Part shown: in pieces, positions 15,179-23,920 of the stretch
Layout of the letters: every line of letters starts with the position of its first letter
How positions within the stretch are numbered: the stretch's first letter is position 1
Origin: Thermofilum adornatum
Lineage (GTDB): Archaea > Thermoproteota > Thermoprotei > Thermofilales > Thermofilaceae
Assembly: GCF_000446015.1 (NCBI RefSeq)
Contig: NC_022093.1
Coordinates: 840,001-872,000 of the forward strand
Length of the DNA stretch: 32,000 nucleotides
Direction: 5' to 3'
Position numbers and translations under genes: made by a program
The notes under the pieces: generated by a model
Told to the model about the DNA's origin: nothing
The model's input: the letters and a program-made list of their open reading frames with translations, nothing else
Databases searched by the model: none

Positions 15179-15648
15179 GTATAAAACGGCTTTCTGGCGA
15201 GCACAAAAAGTTAGCGTTACGAGATGTATCGATACTCCTCTCATAGAATGTGTAGCCTAGGAGAGCTAAGGCTAAGAGAAGGGCAATGGTTATCACAAGG
15301 AACATGTTGGGCTCCTGATTTTGGCTTATGTTTTGTTTTTTGGGCTGTGATGTTTTTGTATCAATTTTTAAGGTTTCTGCGTGATTCTGGGCATTCTTTA
15401 AACTATCATTCAATGTTTTACTACTAAGAAGAAAATAAGATAATATGTTAGTTGCCTTGCGTAGGGTGTATGTCATTGGTTGGACTACCTTGTGGCGAGA
15501 AAAAGATTCTTAGTTTGGTCTTTGTACATTTCCATAATTTTTAGAGCTACGAGTTTTATGGCGTCCTGTGTTTTTCGGGTGGGTTGTGTGGTGGATGTGT
15601 GCTAAAATTATATAAGGTGTGGTTTTAGGTGATTTGGGTTGATGGGTG

Positions 15649-16743
15649 ATGGATGGTAGCTCGTTTGACTTGGTGCTTTGGCTGATAATATTGACTTTGT
15701 TTTCTTACTTGTCGCAGGAGATGCAGATTCTTAGAGCTATAAGTGAGATTGAGACCTACATAGCGTTTTTTAAGAGTACTAGGGATAAGGCTGTGAATGT
15801 CCTTGTTTCGCAGTTTAAGAGGTATAGTGGTGATGGCTCGAAGGAGTTTGAGGCGCAACTTGAGAGGAGGCTGTCCTCGCTTATAGAGACCTATATTATT
15901 TTTCCGGTAGACCTGGATCCGTTTGGTATCGTGAAGAAGATAAAGCATGTATTGAGGACTGGCGAGGAGAGGATCGAGAAGGAGGTTGCTGCTTTAGCCA
16001 GGAATGCGTCTCCGGCGGATGTTCAGAACCTGGCTAATCTCGTGGAGGTTGCTAGGGAGTTGAACATAATTTACAAGCTTGTTAATCACTATTACCTGAT
16101 AGCTAGGAAGTTTAAGAGTCTATGGCTTATTCTCCAGCTGAATGCACAGATGCCCTTTGTGCTCGAGGAGGTGAAGGCTGTAGAGGGCGCCTTGGAGTCC
16201 TTTTCGAAGGGTTTGCCTATAGGCGACTCTGCTGGCCCCTTTGTGGCGTCGCTTCTTGTTAGGCGGTACAAGGGGACATATATCGAGCCCGTTAAGGACA
16301 CATATGTGTCAAAGATTAATGTAGAGAACAGGAATGTCTACGTGGTGAGGGCTAAGGGTCCAGGAGGCACCACTGGCAGACTTGAAGAAGCAGTTGCCTG
16401 GGTTCTGTCGCGGGAAAAAGCCTCCTTAATGATCTCTATTGACGCCGCGTTGAAGTATGAGGGCGAGGAGTCCGGCTTAGTTGCCCACGGCTTTGGTATA
16501 GCTATGGGCGGCGTTGGTGTGGAGAGGTTTGAGATTGAAGAGTTGGCGGCGAAGCATGGTATACCCACCTATGCTGTCCTGATAAAGATGTCTGAAGCAG
16601 AAGCTCTTTCAACAATGACAGAGAAGGTTTACAGGGGAACCTTGCAGGCAGTTGACATAGTTACCGATCTTATTAGACAATACCCTGAGAATTCAACGAT
16701 TATAGTGCTTGGGGTTGGCAACACTTTGGGCGTGCCCGCATAG
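15649..16743 (+). CDS. conserved archaeal N-terminally anchored protein (DUF1512-like is my recollection, unverified)
   Basis: The N-terminal TM helix is FDLVLWLIILTLFSYL, followed by a helical region and a C-terminal alpha/beta domain (GDSAGPFVA ... GFGIAMGGVG ... VLGVGNTLG). The TATA-like aaaattatataagg lies ~35 nt upstream. Confidence 0.65.
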   Translation: MDGSSFDLVLWLIILTLFSYLSQEMQILRAISEIETYIAFFKSTRDKAVNVLVSQFKRYSGDGSKEFEAQLERRLSSLIETYIIFPVDLDPFGIVKKIKHVLRTGEERIEKEVAALARNASPADVQNLANLVEVARELNIIYKLVNHYYLIARKFKSLWLILQLNAQMPFVLEEVKAVEGALESFSKGLPIGDSAGPFVASLLVRRYKGTYIEPVKDTYVSKINVENRNVYVVRAKGPGGTTGRLEEAVAWVLSREKASLMISIDAALKYEGEESGLVAHGFGIAMGGVGVERFEIEELAAKHGIPTYAVLIKMSEAEALSTMTEKVYRGTLQAVDIVTDLIRQYPENSTIIVLGVGNTLGVPA

Positions 16744-16854
16744 AAGAATAGGCTTTTGTTTTCTGTTTCCTTATTTTTATGACGGTGGAATATCGTAAGA
16801 AATATAAGTTTTTTCATGTTTTCAGAATTATCGTAAAATCATTAGTGATGCGTT

Positions 16855-18687
16855 ATGGCACAGAAAAATGTCTCTGTTGAAGAGGAATTCCATATTAATT
16901 ATTCTCGAATAGCTAACCTGGGTATAGAAGAAATATCCAAAATCGCAGAGGAGGCCCGAGCCAAACTGTTCCCGAAGCCAGGAGTAGACTACAAGATTTA
17001 CTTGTCTAAGAGGCCACCGCTAAGGGAAGGCGAAGAACTAATCACCTATACTCAGTCAGCCTGTCCAGAATGCAACTCGTTGCTTACAGCGGCTGTTTTC
17101 AAGAGAGATGGAAAGGTCTGGATCAGAAAGGTTTGCCCCGAGCATGGAGAATTCGAGGAGCTCTATTTTGGAAGCGTAGAGATGTATGAACGATACAGGA
17201 AGTATCAGGTAGACGGCAGGGGAAACATTATTGCCCATTTACCTGTTACAGCGCCATGCCCCTATAACTGTGGAGTTTGTACGCGTCACCGTTCACACGC
17301 AGCGCTAATCAACGTTGTACTAACTAATAGGTGCGACCTAAGCTGTTTCTACTGTTTCTTCTATGCCAAAAAGTCGGGCTATGTTTATGAGCCGTCCCTT
17401 GAACACTTACGCTACATGTTCAGGCAGGCCAGGCTAACCGAACCAGTCAAGCCCCCGGCTATCCAGCTAACAGGAGGAGAACCTACCCTGAGAGAGGATC
17501 TCCTAGACATAATTAGGATAGCCAAGGAAGAGGGATTTACACATATACAGCTAAACACGAACGGGATTAGGCTTGCCTTTGACCCAGATCTAGCTGTTAA
17601 AGTCAGACAGGCTGGAGTAAACACTGTTTATATGAGTTTTGACGGAGTGTCCCCCTTTACAAACCCGAAGAACCACTGGGAGGTTCCCTATGCATTGGAC
17701 AATCTTCGCAAGGCGAAGCTGGGCGTTGTACTTGTCCCAACAGTTATCAAGCACTACAACTTGTCGGAGGTAGGTAAAATAATAGAGTTCGGACTACAAA
17801 ACAACGACATTGTCCGCGGCGTGAATTTCCAGCCAGTATCTATCGTTGGCAGGATGCCCCGCAAGGAAAGAGACAAAGAAAGAGTAACCATCCCTGATGT
17901 TATTAAAAAGATAGAGGAGCAGACAAACGGGCAGATAAGGGAGGAGGACTGGTACCCAGTTCCAAGCGTTGCTCCAATCTCAAGATTTGTAGAAGCTCTA
18001 ACTGGTAAACCACAGTTAACTCTCACAACTCACTTTGCATGCGGAGCTGCTACATATGTTTTCCAAGACGACGGCGAAATAATACCCATAACCCGGTTCG
18101 TGCATGTTGATGAATTCTTCGACTATTTAGACAAGAAGGCTGAAGAGCTTGAGAAAGGAAAGAACAAATACATTGTCATGCTCGACTTGCTTGTAAACCT
18201 TAGAAAGTTTGTCGACATGTCTAAGGCTCCTCGGCGCCTACGCGAAGGGAACAAGCTAGTCAAGATGTTCTACAAGATATTCGCAAGACACGACTATAGC
18301 AGTCTAGGAGAGTTCCACTACAATGCACTGTTCCTTGGAATGATGCATTTCCAGGACCTGTACAACCACGATGTAGCTAGAGTAATGAGGTGCGACATAC
18401 ACTATATTATGCCGGACGGGAGACAGGTACCCTTCTGCTCATTCAACGTTATCCCGGACCTCTATAGAGACAGAGCCCAGAAAGCATTCTCATATTCATT
18501 TGAAGAGTGGGAGAAGATCACAGGAAAGAAGCTAATTGCAGACCACTACAAGAGAAATATAAAGAAACTTATATCAGGCGAGCCCTATAAGAGACACTAC
18601 TCCAAACTGATAGACATAGACTCTATTCCATACGAGCAACACGTCCTGGCAAGCCAGCGCTTCGGAATCCCCGTTATAGAGGAATAG
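16855..18687 (+). CDS. tes: radical SAM enzyme with N-terminal Cys-rich knuckle and auxiliary cluster motif; tetraether lipid synthase (Tes / GDGT-MAS)-like
   Basis: The radical SAM motif is NRCDLSCFYC (Cx3Cx2C). A second Cx3Cx2C (CPYNCGVC) lies just upstream, and CPECN...(22)...CPEHG sits at the N-terminus. The 610 aa size and multi-cluster layout agree with what is published for archaeal GDGT-MAS/Tes. The family call is from memory, not from a search. Confidence 0.6.
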   Translation: MAQKNVSVEEEFHINYSRIANLGIEEISKIAEEARAKLFPKPGVDYKIYLSKRPPLREGEELITYTQSACPECNSLLTAAVFKRDGKVWIRKVCPEHGEFEELYFGSVEMYERYRKYQVDGRGNIIAHLPVTAPCPYNCGVCTRHRSHAALINVVLTNRCDLSCFYCFFYAKKSGYVYEPSLEHLRYMFRQARLTEPVKPPAIQLTGGEPTLREDLLDIIRIAKEEGFTHIQLNTNGIRLAFDPDLAVKVRQAGVNTVYMSFDGVSPFTNPKNHWEVPYALDNLRKAKLGVVLVPTVIKHYNLSEVGKIIEFGLQNNDIVRGVNFQPVSIVGRMPRKERDKERVTIPDVIKKIEEQTNGQIREEDWYPVPSVAPISRFVEALTGKPQLTLTTHFACGAATYVFQDDGEIIPITRFVHVDEFFDYLDKKAEELEKGKNKYIVMLDLLVNLRKFVDMSKAPRRLREGNKLVKMFYKIFARHDYSSLGEFHYNALFLGMMHFQDLYNHDVARVMRCDIHYIMPDGRQVPFCSFNVIPDLYRDRAQKAFSYSFEEWEKITGKKLIADHYKRNIKKLISGEPYKRHYSKLIDIDSIPYEQHVLASQRFGIPVIEE

Positions 18688-18701
18688 CAGGGGGTCTCTT
18701 C

Positions 18702-19178
18702 ATGGAGACCTTTGCGCTCGAGCTAGAAGCTAGTGACCCAAAGCCTGTAAGTGTCAAGGTAGATTCGTATCTCTTTTGCTTGTCTCAGGGAAAACTTTCC
18801 AAACTAATGCCTGTCGAAGAAAAAGAGGTGTCTCCTGAAAGCTTTGAAGACATTACAAGTTTCGACAACGAGATGGGCACAATTGTTGGTTTAACGTATA
18901 ACGAGATTCTTCATGGTACAGGTTACGCGAAGAAATTATCTTTCAACATTTCACCCGAATGTAAGAAAGCGCTTAAAGTCTACAGAATCATAGACAAGAA
19001 AAATGGGAAAATAATCCTAAGGTTTATTGCCCTCGAAGTTTCCAATGGGAGGGTTAGCCTGCTGTATAGCGACCACTTTTCAAAGTCCGAGAAGATGGAA
19101 TCCATCATTAAAAACTTGTCGAGTAAACTGGGAATAGAATATAAACAGCTTGTAACTCTTGCTAGAGAGTTAGCTTAG
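18702..19178 (+). CDS. hypothetical protein, 158 aa, 14 nt downstream of the Tes-like gene
   Basis: The ORF has typical local codon and amino-acid composition and is probably co-transcribed with the Tes-like gene. No motif was recognised. Confidence 0.55.
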   Translation: METFALELEASDPKPVSVKVDSYLFCLSQGKLSKLMPVEEKEVSPESFEDITSFDNEMGTIVGLTYNEILHGTGYAKKLSFNISPECKKALKVYRIIDKKNGKIILRFIALEVSNGRVSLLYSDHFSKSEKMESIIKNLSSKLGIEYKQLVTLARELA

Positions 19179-19319
19179 CAAGAGGATCATCCTTTTGGGG
19201 TTTCTACCTTTTTGCAATGCCTGTTAGACAATTGTCGAGTAAAAAATCTTTATCATAGAAAAACATAAAAACTTTTCCACGTACTTATCATTAAGTATTT
19301 AAACCATGATAAAGGTGAG

Positions 19320-19658
19320 ATGACCCATATGTCCCATATACATGAGGAAAAACAAAAACTTTTAGATCATCTTGTGTCTGTTGTCGAAGAACTCTTGAAA
19401 AACACTAAATCAGCTCAGATATCCATAAAGTTGCGGACACTTCTCAGATACGCGTATGTCTCATATGTTAAAAAGACCTCCGACATCAATGTGATACGGG
19501 GGCTTGTCCCACGTGTTAGGCCTCCCGCGTGGCTGACAAATCAATACTACTATCGGGAAATCGAGATGTTATTGAGAAACAGGTTCAACGCAAAGATAGA
19601 GAATAGACGACAGTTTAGGTACGTAGTGTTCAATAAGCAACAAGTTTCTAGGAGATAA
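19320..19658 (+). CDS. hypothetical basic protein, 112 aa
   Basis: This is an ORF only. An A/T-rich region lies upstream (ttaagtatttaaacc). No motif was recognised. Confidence 0.45.
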   Translation: MTHMSHIHEEKQKLLDHLVSVVEELLKNTKSAQISIKLRTLLRYAYVSYVKKTSDINVIRGLVPRVRPPAWLTNQYYYREIEMLLRNRFNAKIENRRQFRYVVFNKQQVSRR

Positions 19659-19694
19659 AGCGCGTGAAAAGGCTGTCAACTCCTGTTAGGTAAT

Positions 19695-20189
19695 TTATTG
19701 TTTTTTCCCATGTCTTGTCTTTACAGCTTTTCCTCTCTTTATTTTTCCCATAGAAGAAGCCGGCAGAACTGCTTTACCGCTCCCGTAAACTTTGATCCCA
19801 GAATTTGACTTGGATGTTATGACGACTTCATCGCCTGGAAGAGTCTCCTCGTATACGCCTGTTACATGCTTAGAAAAAACCGTTTTTCCCTCAGCAATAA
19901 ACGATGCCACATCTTCCGGAACCTCTACAAAGTACTTTTTTCCTTGACTCACTAAGAGTTCCCATCCATGTAACGTAGGCACAAGAAAACCATCGGACAG
20001 CCTGATAGTGGCGAAAAGAACATTATCAAGGTAGATTTCTTTCAGCCTCCCAGTCTTCCGTGATCTAGAAACCATAACCCTGGAACGCAAAGAGTCTTCT
20101 TCAAATATGTAACCATAGAGATAGCTTAGGAGTGTCTTTATTACCTTTATATCCCACCCGTTTGGTTTTTCCCTTGTCTCAGACTTCAT
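19695..20189 (-). CDS. PUA-domain RNA-binding protein (pre-PUA + PUA, ArcTGT C-terminal-like)
   Basis: The C-terminal half (FIAEGKTVFSKHVTGVYEETLPGDEVVITSKSNSGIKVYGSGKAVLPASSMGKIKRGKAVKTRH) has the typical PUA pattern: a GD-hhhh segment followed by G.G.a..s..em......G.avk. Confidence 0.65.
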   Translation of the reverse strand: MKSETREKPNGWDIKVIKTLLSYLYGYIFEEDSLRSRVMVSRSRKTGRLKEIYLDNVLFATIRLSDGFLVPTLHGWELLVSQGKKYFVEVPEDVASFIAEGKTVFSKHVTGVYEETLPGDEVVITSKSNSGIKVYGSGKAVLPASSMGKIKRGKAVKTRHGKKQ

Positions 20190-20275
20190 ATTTTTCCTAG
20201 CGTGACATAGGCTTTTTAACTTTGTCTCTCATAAAATAGAAATGCTTTTAAACAAGGTAGCATTGTTAAGGCAGG

Positions 20276-20746
20276 ATGGCTAAGTGTGAGCTATGCGGAA
20301 GGGAGCTGCAAGGTTTAGCATATAGGATCCGTCTCGAAGGGGCAGAGCTAATCGTATGTCCTGCATGTGCGAGAGGAAAAACAATTGTAGGTACTATTAA
20401 TTTTTCAAGGACGCAGCCACCAAGACAAATTAAAACTGCACCTAAGCCTAAGAAACCTGTAGAGGTTGAACAAACAATAGTAGAAAACTATGGTGACATC
20501 ATTAGGAATGCTCGTGAAAAAATGGGTCTCACACGTGACATGCTAGCGGCCATGGTTGGTGAAAAAGAGTCAATTATAAGAAGGATAGAGGCGGGGCAAC
20601 TTGAGCCAACAATTGAACTTGCAAGGAAACTCGAGAAGGTGCTGAAAATCAAGCTTGTAGAGGAAATAATCGACTACGAAATGGAGAGTGGAGACCTGAA
20701 AAACTACGATATTACTCTCGGGGACATAGCGGAGTTTAAGGACTAG
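20276..20746 (+). CDS. mbf1: archaeal multiprotein-bridging factor 1 (aMBF1): Zn ribbon + XRE-type HTH
   Basis: The N-terminal zinc ribbon is CELCG...(20)...CPACA. The C-terminal HTH is IIRNAREKMGLTRDMLAAMVGEKESIIRRIEAGQLEPTIELARKLEKVL. Confidence 0.85.
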   Translation: MAKCELCGRELQGLAYRIRLEGAELIVCPACARGKTIVGTINFSRTQPPRQIKTAPKPKKPVEVEQTIVENYGDIIRNAREKMGLTRDMLAAMVGEKESIIRRIEAGQLEPTIELARKLEKVLKIKLVEEIIDYEMESGDLKNYDITLGDIAEFKD

Positions 20747-20748
20747 AA

Positions 20749-22047
20749 ATGTCTGATAGAAAAGCTTCTGACAAAAATTCAGTAGTTATCGCTGGAAGAA
20801 TAAATTCGCCAGGCGATTTAGCACTTTTTAGAGAACTAAGGGAACTAGCAAATGCGGCCGGCTACATTATTGTCGGTGAAATTATCCAGAAGAGAAAACG
20901 TGAGGACCCAAAATACAACATTGGCAGGGGAAAAATATCTGAACTAAAGAAGCTCGTGGAAGACAAGAAACCCCTCAAGATAATTTTTCTGAACAATCTA
21001 AAGCCCAGCCAGGCATACAATTTAGCCAAAGAGCTTGGCATAGAGGTAATAGACAGATATGAACTTATTCTTGAAATCTTCGCTAAAAGAGCAGGCAGCA
21101 AGGAATCATTACTCCAGATCGAGCTAGCAAAACTAAAGAGGGAACTTAGCTTCGCAAAGGAATATATCAATTTGTCTAAAAGAGGAGAACTACACGGCTT
21201 CCTAGGAGGCGGAAAATACGCAGTCGACTCGTACTACACCTATATTTCTTCGAGGATTACAAAGATAGAGGAAGAGCTAGACAAGATTAGGAAAATAAAG
21301 AACATGAGATATAACAAGAGAGTCGAAGTGGGTCTTTACACTGTATCTCTAGCGGGGTATACGGGGGCAGGCAAAACAACTCTCTTTAATACTCTCACAA
21401 ACGAGAAAGGCTATGTAGATGGAAAACCATTCGCTACACTATCTACTCTTTCTAGAAAGGTGAAGCTACAAGGCTATCCAGTCATAATCACGGACACAAT
21501 AGGCTTTATTGACAGTCTGCCGGAAAGCCTCCTCGACGCTTTTTATACGACTCTCAGAGAGACAATTATTTCCGACGTAATATTACTTGTCGTCGACTTA
21601 ACGGATCCTATTCCGGAAATCAGGCGAAAGCTTTCTACAAGTATAGATACGTTGCTTAGCCTCGGCATCAACATTTCTAAGGTTTTAGTCGTGGGAAACA
21701 AGATAGACAAGGCTACAGGAGAAGAACTCCGGGAAAAGGAAAAACTGCTACAAAATACAGGGCTTGAATACGTGCTTGTCTCTGCGACAAAAAGGATAGG
21801 GATACACAGTCTTGTGGAAAAAGTTGTGGAGATGCTTCCAGACAAGCTCCGCGAAAAAATCATAATCAGTGAAGATCAATCACGAGACCTACTTGAAGAA
21901 ATACTTGAAAAATGTAAGGTAATTAGTTTCACGGGACTAGCAGATAGAAGACTTTTACTAGAGATAGAAGGAAGGCGCCCCATAATCTCAAAAATAAAGG
22001 CGAGGAGCAACAACCCTCAGGACGCCTTAAGTGCTCGCGCCTTATAA
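20749..22047 (+). CDS. hflX: GTPase HflX
   Basis: An HflX-type N-terminal domain is present, with G1 GYTGAGKTTLFNTLT, G3 ITDTIGFI and G4 VGNKID. The gene starts 2 nt after the mbf1 stop. Confidence 0.9.
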   Translation: MSDRKASDKNSVVIAGRINSPGDLALFRELRELANAAGYIIVGEIIQKRKREDPKYNIGRGKISELKKLVEDKKPLKIIFLNNLKPSQAYNLAKELGIEVIDRYELILEIFAKRAGSKESLLQIELAKLKRELSFAKEYINLSKRGELHGFLGGGKYAVDSYYTYISSRITKIEEELDKIRKIKNMRYNKRVEVGLYTVSLAGYTGAGKTTLFNTLTNEKGYVDGKPFATLSTLSRKVKLQGYPVIITDTIGFIDSLPESLLDAFYTTLRETIISDVILLVVDLTDPIPEIRRKLSTSIDTLLSLGINISKVLVVGNKIDKATGEELREKEKLLQNTGLEYVLVSATKRIGIHSLVEKVVEMLPDKLREKIIISEDQSRDLLEEILEKCKVISFTGLADRRLLLEIEGRRPIISKIKARSNNPQDALSARAL

Positions 22048-22087
22048 AAATAATAATGTGTAAAACGAATTAGATATAGATAAGACG

Positions 22088-22642
22088 ATGTGGTGCCCGT
22101 CCTTAAACAGAAAAGTCTACGTGCTTAGGATAGGCCATAGACCTGTAAGAGACCACAGAGTAACAACCCACGTTGGGCTAGTTGCAAGGGCTTTCGGGGC
22201 AGACGGCATATTTTTAGAGAGACACGTCGAGGAGAGCATAATAAAGTCCCTCGAAAAAGTTGTAGAGACCTGGGGCGGACCCTTCGAGATAGTGAAAACG
22301 GTGAATCCTAGACATACAGTGAGAGAGTGGAAAAGAAACGGCGGAATTGTTGTACACCTGACAATGTATGGTGAAAACATTTCTGATGAATTGCTAAACC
22401 TTATATTGTTCCAAAACAAAGATATATTAGTGGTTGTGGGGGGCGAGAAAGTGCCGTCATGGCTCTACTACGAATCCGACTATAACATTGCAATAGGCAA
22501 TCAGCCTCACAGCGAAGTTGCAGCCCTAGCGATCTTTCTGGACAGGCTTTTCAAGGGAAAAGAGCTTACAAGAGAGTTCCACGACGCAAAACTAGTTGTT
22601 ATCCCCCAGAAGAGAGGCAAAAAAGTGGTGAAAAAAGAATGA
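22088..22642 (+). CDS. trm56: tRNA (cytidine56-2'-O)-methyltransferase aTrm56 (SPOUT)
   Basis: VLRIGHRPVRDHRVTTHVGLVARAFGADGIF matches the conserved aTrm56 N-terminus. The size is ~180 aa. Confidence 0.85.
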   Translation: MWCPSLNRKVYVLRIGHRPVRDHRVTTHVGLVARAFGADGIFLERHVEESIIKSLEKVVETWGGPFEIVKTVNPRHTVREWKRNGGIVVHLTMYGENISDELLNLILFQNKDILVVVGGEKVPSWLYYESDYNIAIGNQPHSEVAALAIFLDRLFKGKELTREFHDAKLVVIPQKRGKKVVKKE

Positions 22643-23154
22643 GCCAAAACGAGGTCTTAGCCGAACTCGCAGAAAAAATATTTGGAGAAAAAGCAAAAAA
22701 GATAATGATACTTCTCTCAAACCACGTCGAAATATCGGACGACGAAATAGCCAAAGAACTCGACATGGATCAGGCAGAGCTCAGGAAAATTTTAAACGAC
22801 CTATTCGAGGCAAGACTCGTAAAATACAGGCGTGCAAGGGACGAAAACATTGGATGGTACAAGTATTACTGGCGAATAACAGATGAACCCCTAGAAGTAC
22901 TACTCAATGATAGGAAAAGGCTTACTCTCACTATTCTAGAAAAGCTTCTCAGCCTCGAGGAACAGGCAGAAATCTATGTTTGCCCGAGCTGTGGGGCGCG
23001 CTACTCTGTAGTGGAGGCCGAGGACTATGGCTACACGTGTCCCAACTGTGGAGAAGTCCTGGAGCCATACGATAATTCGAAGAGGATAAGAAAGATCAGA
23101 GAAGCCATTCAGGCATTGAAGAACTACGAGCCAATAGCTAGTAGTGGAAGCTAA
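22639..23154 (+). CDS. tfe: transcription factor E (TFE alpha)
   Basis: The N-terminal winged helix is ISDDEIAKELDMDQAELRKILNDLFEARLVKYRRARDENIGWYKYYW. The Zn ribbon is CPSCGARY...(13)...CPNCGE. There is a 4-nt ATGA overlap with trm56. Confidence 0.85.
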   Translation: MSQNEVLAELAEKIFGEKAKKIMILLSNHVEISDDEIAKELDMDQAELRKILNDLFEARLVKYRRARDENIGWYKYYWRITDEPLEVLLNDRKRLTLTILEKLLSLEEQAEIYVCPSCGARYSVVEAEDYGYTCPNCGEVLEPYDNSKRIRKIREAIQALKNYEPIASSGS

Positions 23155-23234
23155 TTTTTCCGGGTGACAAGATAATTTATCCAACAATAGATGTTGATTT
23201 TACTTTCGGGCCATTGCGTAGATAATTTAACACC

Positions 23235-23252
23235 GTATTACATCTGTAATAC
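23235..23252. promoter_or_regulatory. perfect 8-bp-arm palindrome GTATTACA-TC-TGTAATAC between TATA box and ATG of the HTH gene (candidate operator)
   Basis: The palindrome is read directly from the sequence. The TATA-like AGATAATTTA at 23220-23229 lies 26-35 nt upstream of the ATG at 23255. An identical AGATAATTTA is present at 23170-23179. Confidence 0.35.
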
Positions 23253-23254
23253 GT

Positions 23255-23896
23255 ATGGCTGGTTATGACCTTAAGGAGATAATTTCCAACCTAACAGATA
23301 CGGAGAAAAGGATAATTGAGACATACATCCAGAAGGGTGGATCAGCAAAAGAGATCGCTAGCATGCTTAATGTTTCAGAGAGAACAGTATATAAGGCCCT
23401 CTACAAGTACAGGAAAGCCGCTCTCGAAATGGGAATTGATCCATCAAACTTCTATTTGAGGAAAACCGTTGTCTCAAGTGCCCCACAAAAACAGTCAATA
23501 TCGCCAGACGTCATAGAAGAGATGAAAGAACAATTACTAGCAGAGATCACCAGGATAATTGAGGAGAGTATTCAAAAATCGCTTAGGGGCGTTCTCGAAG
23601 AGATTCTCTCGGAACAAAAAGCGTCCCTATCACTGAGAAAAGATGAACCAAAGAACATGGCTTTGCAGGAAAGCCAGCTAGAATATGTTTTCCTAAGACT
23701 ATCAGAGACCCTTGAAAAACTAAATGCAAACATTGAGAAACTCAACCAGAAGATAGATAAATTAGACGTTCCTAGACAATCCAGTGGCAATTCTAGCGCA
23801 TGGAGCCAGGAAACATACACAGTTGAAACCTCGCTACCAAGTTTTGTTCAGGGAAATCCTTGGATCGATATACTGTCCCGCCCAAGAGTTCCCTAA
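23255..23896 (+). CDS. HTH (sigma-70 region 4 / LuxR-like) protein with long coiled-coil tail
   Basis: TDTEKRIIETYIQKGGSAKEIASMLNVSERTVYKALYKYRKAA is a typical three-helix HTH. The remainder is helical and heptad-like (LEKLNANIEKLNQKIDKL). Confidence 0.65.
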   Translation: MAGYDLKEIISNLTDTEKRIIETYIQKGGSAKEIASMLNVSERTVYKALYKYRKAALEMGIDPSNFYLRKTVVSSAPQKQSISPDVIEEMKEQLLAEITRIIEESIQKSLRGVLEEILSEQKASLSLRKDEPKNMALQESQLEYVFLRLSETLEKLNANIEKLNQKIDKLDVPRQSSGNSSAWSQETYTVETSLPSFVQGNPWIDILSRPRVP

Positions 23897-23920
23897 AGAT
23901 TCCATTCTCGAATCGTGTTT

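Noticed and set aside
13931-15260. Several 60-145-aa ORFs antisense to, or out of frame with, the 476-aa glycoprotein gene
   Set aside because: High G+C suppresses stop codons in all frames. The products are Arg/Gly/Pro/Leu-rich and overlap a gene with clear signal peptide and repeat structure.
10976-15480. Integrated provirus or plasmid bounded by att repeats at the tRNA
   Set aside because: I recognised no integrase (neither tyrosine recombinase nor a split SSV-type int). No direct repeat of a tRNA 3' segment was found at the far end (15400-15650). The block also abuts the 5' end of the tRNA rather than its 3' end. It is kept only as a compositionally atypical block.
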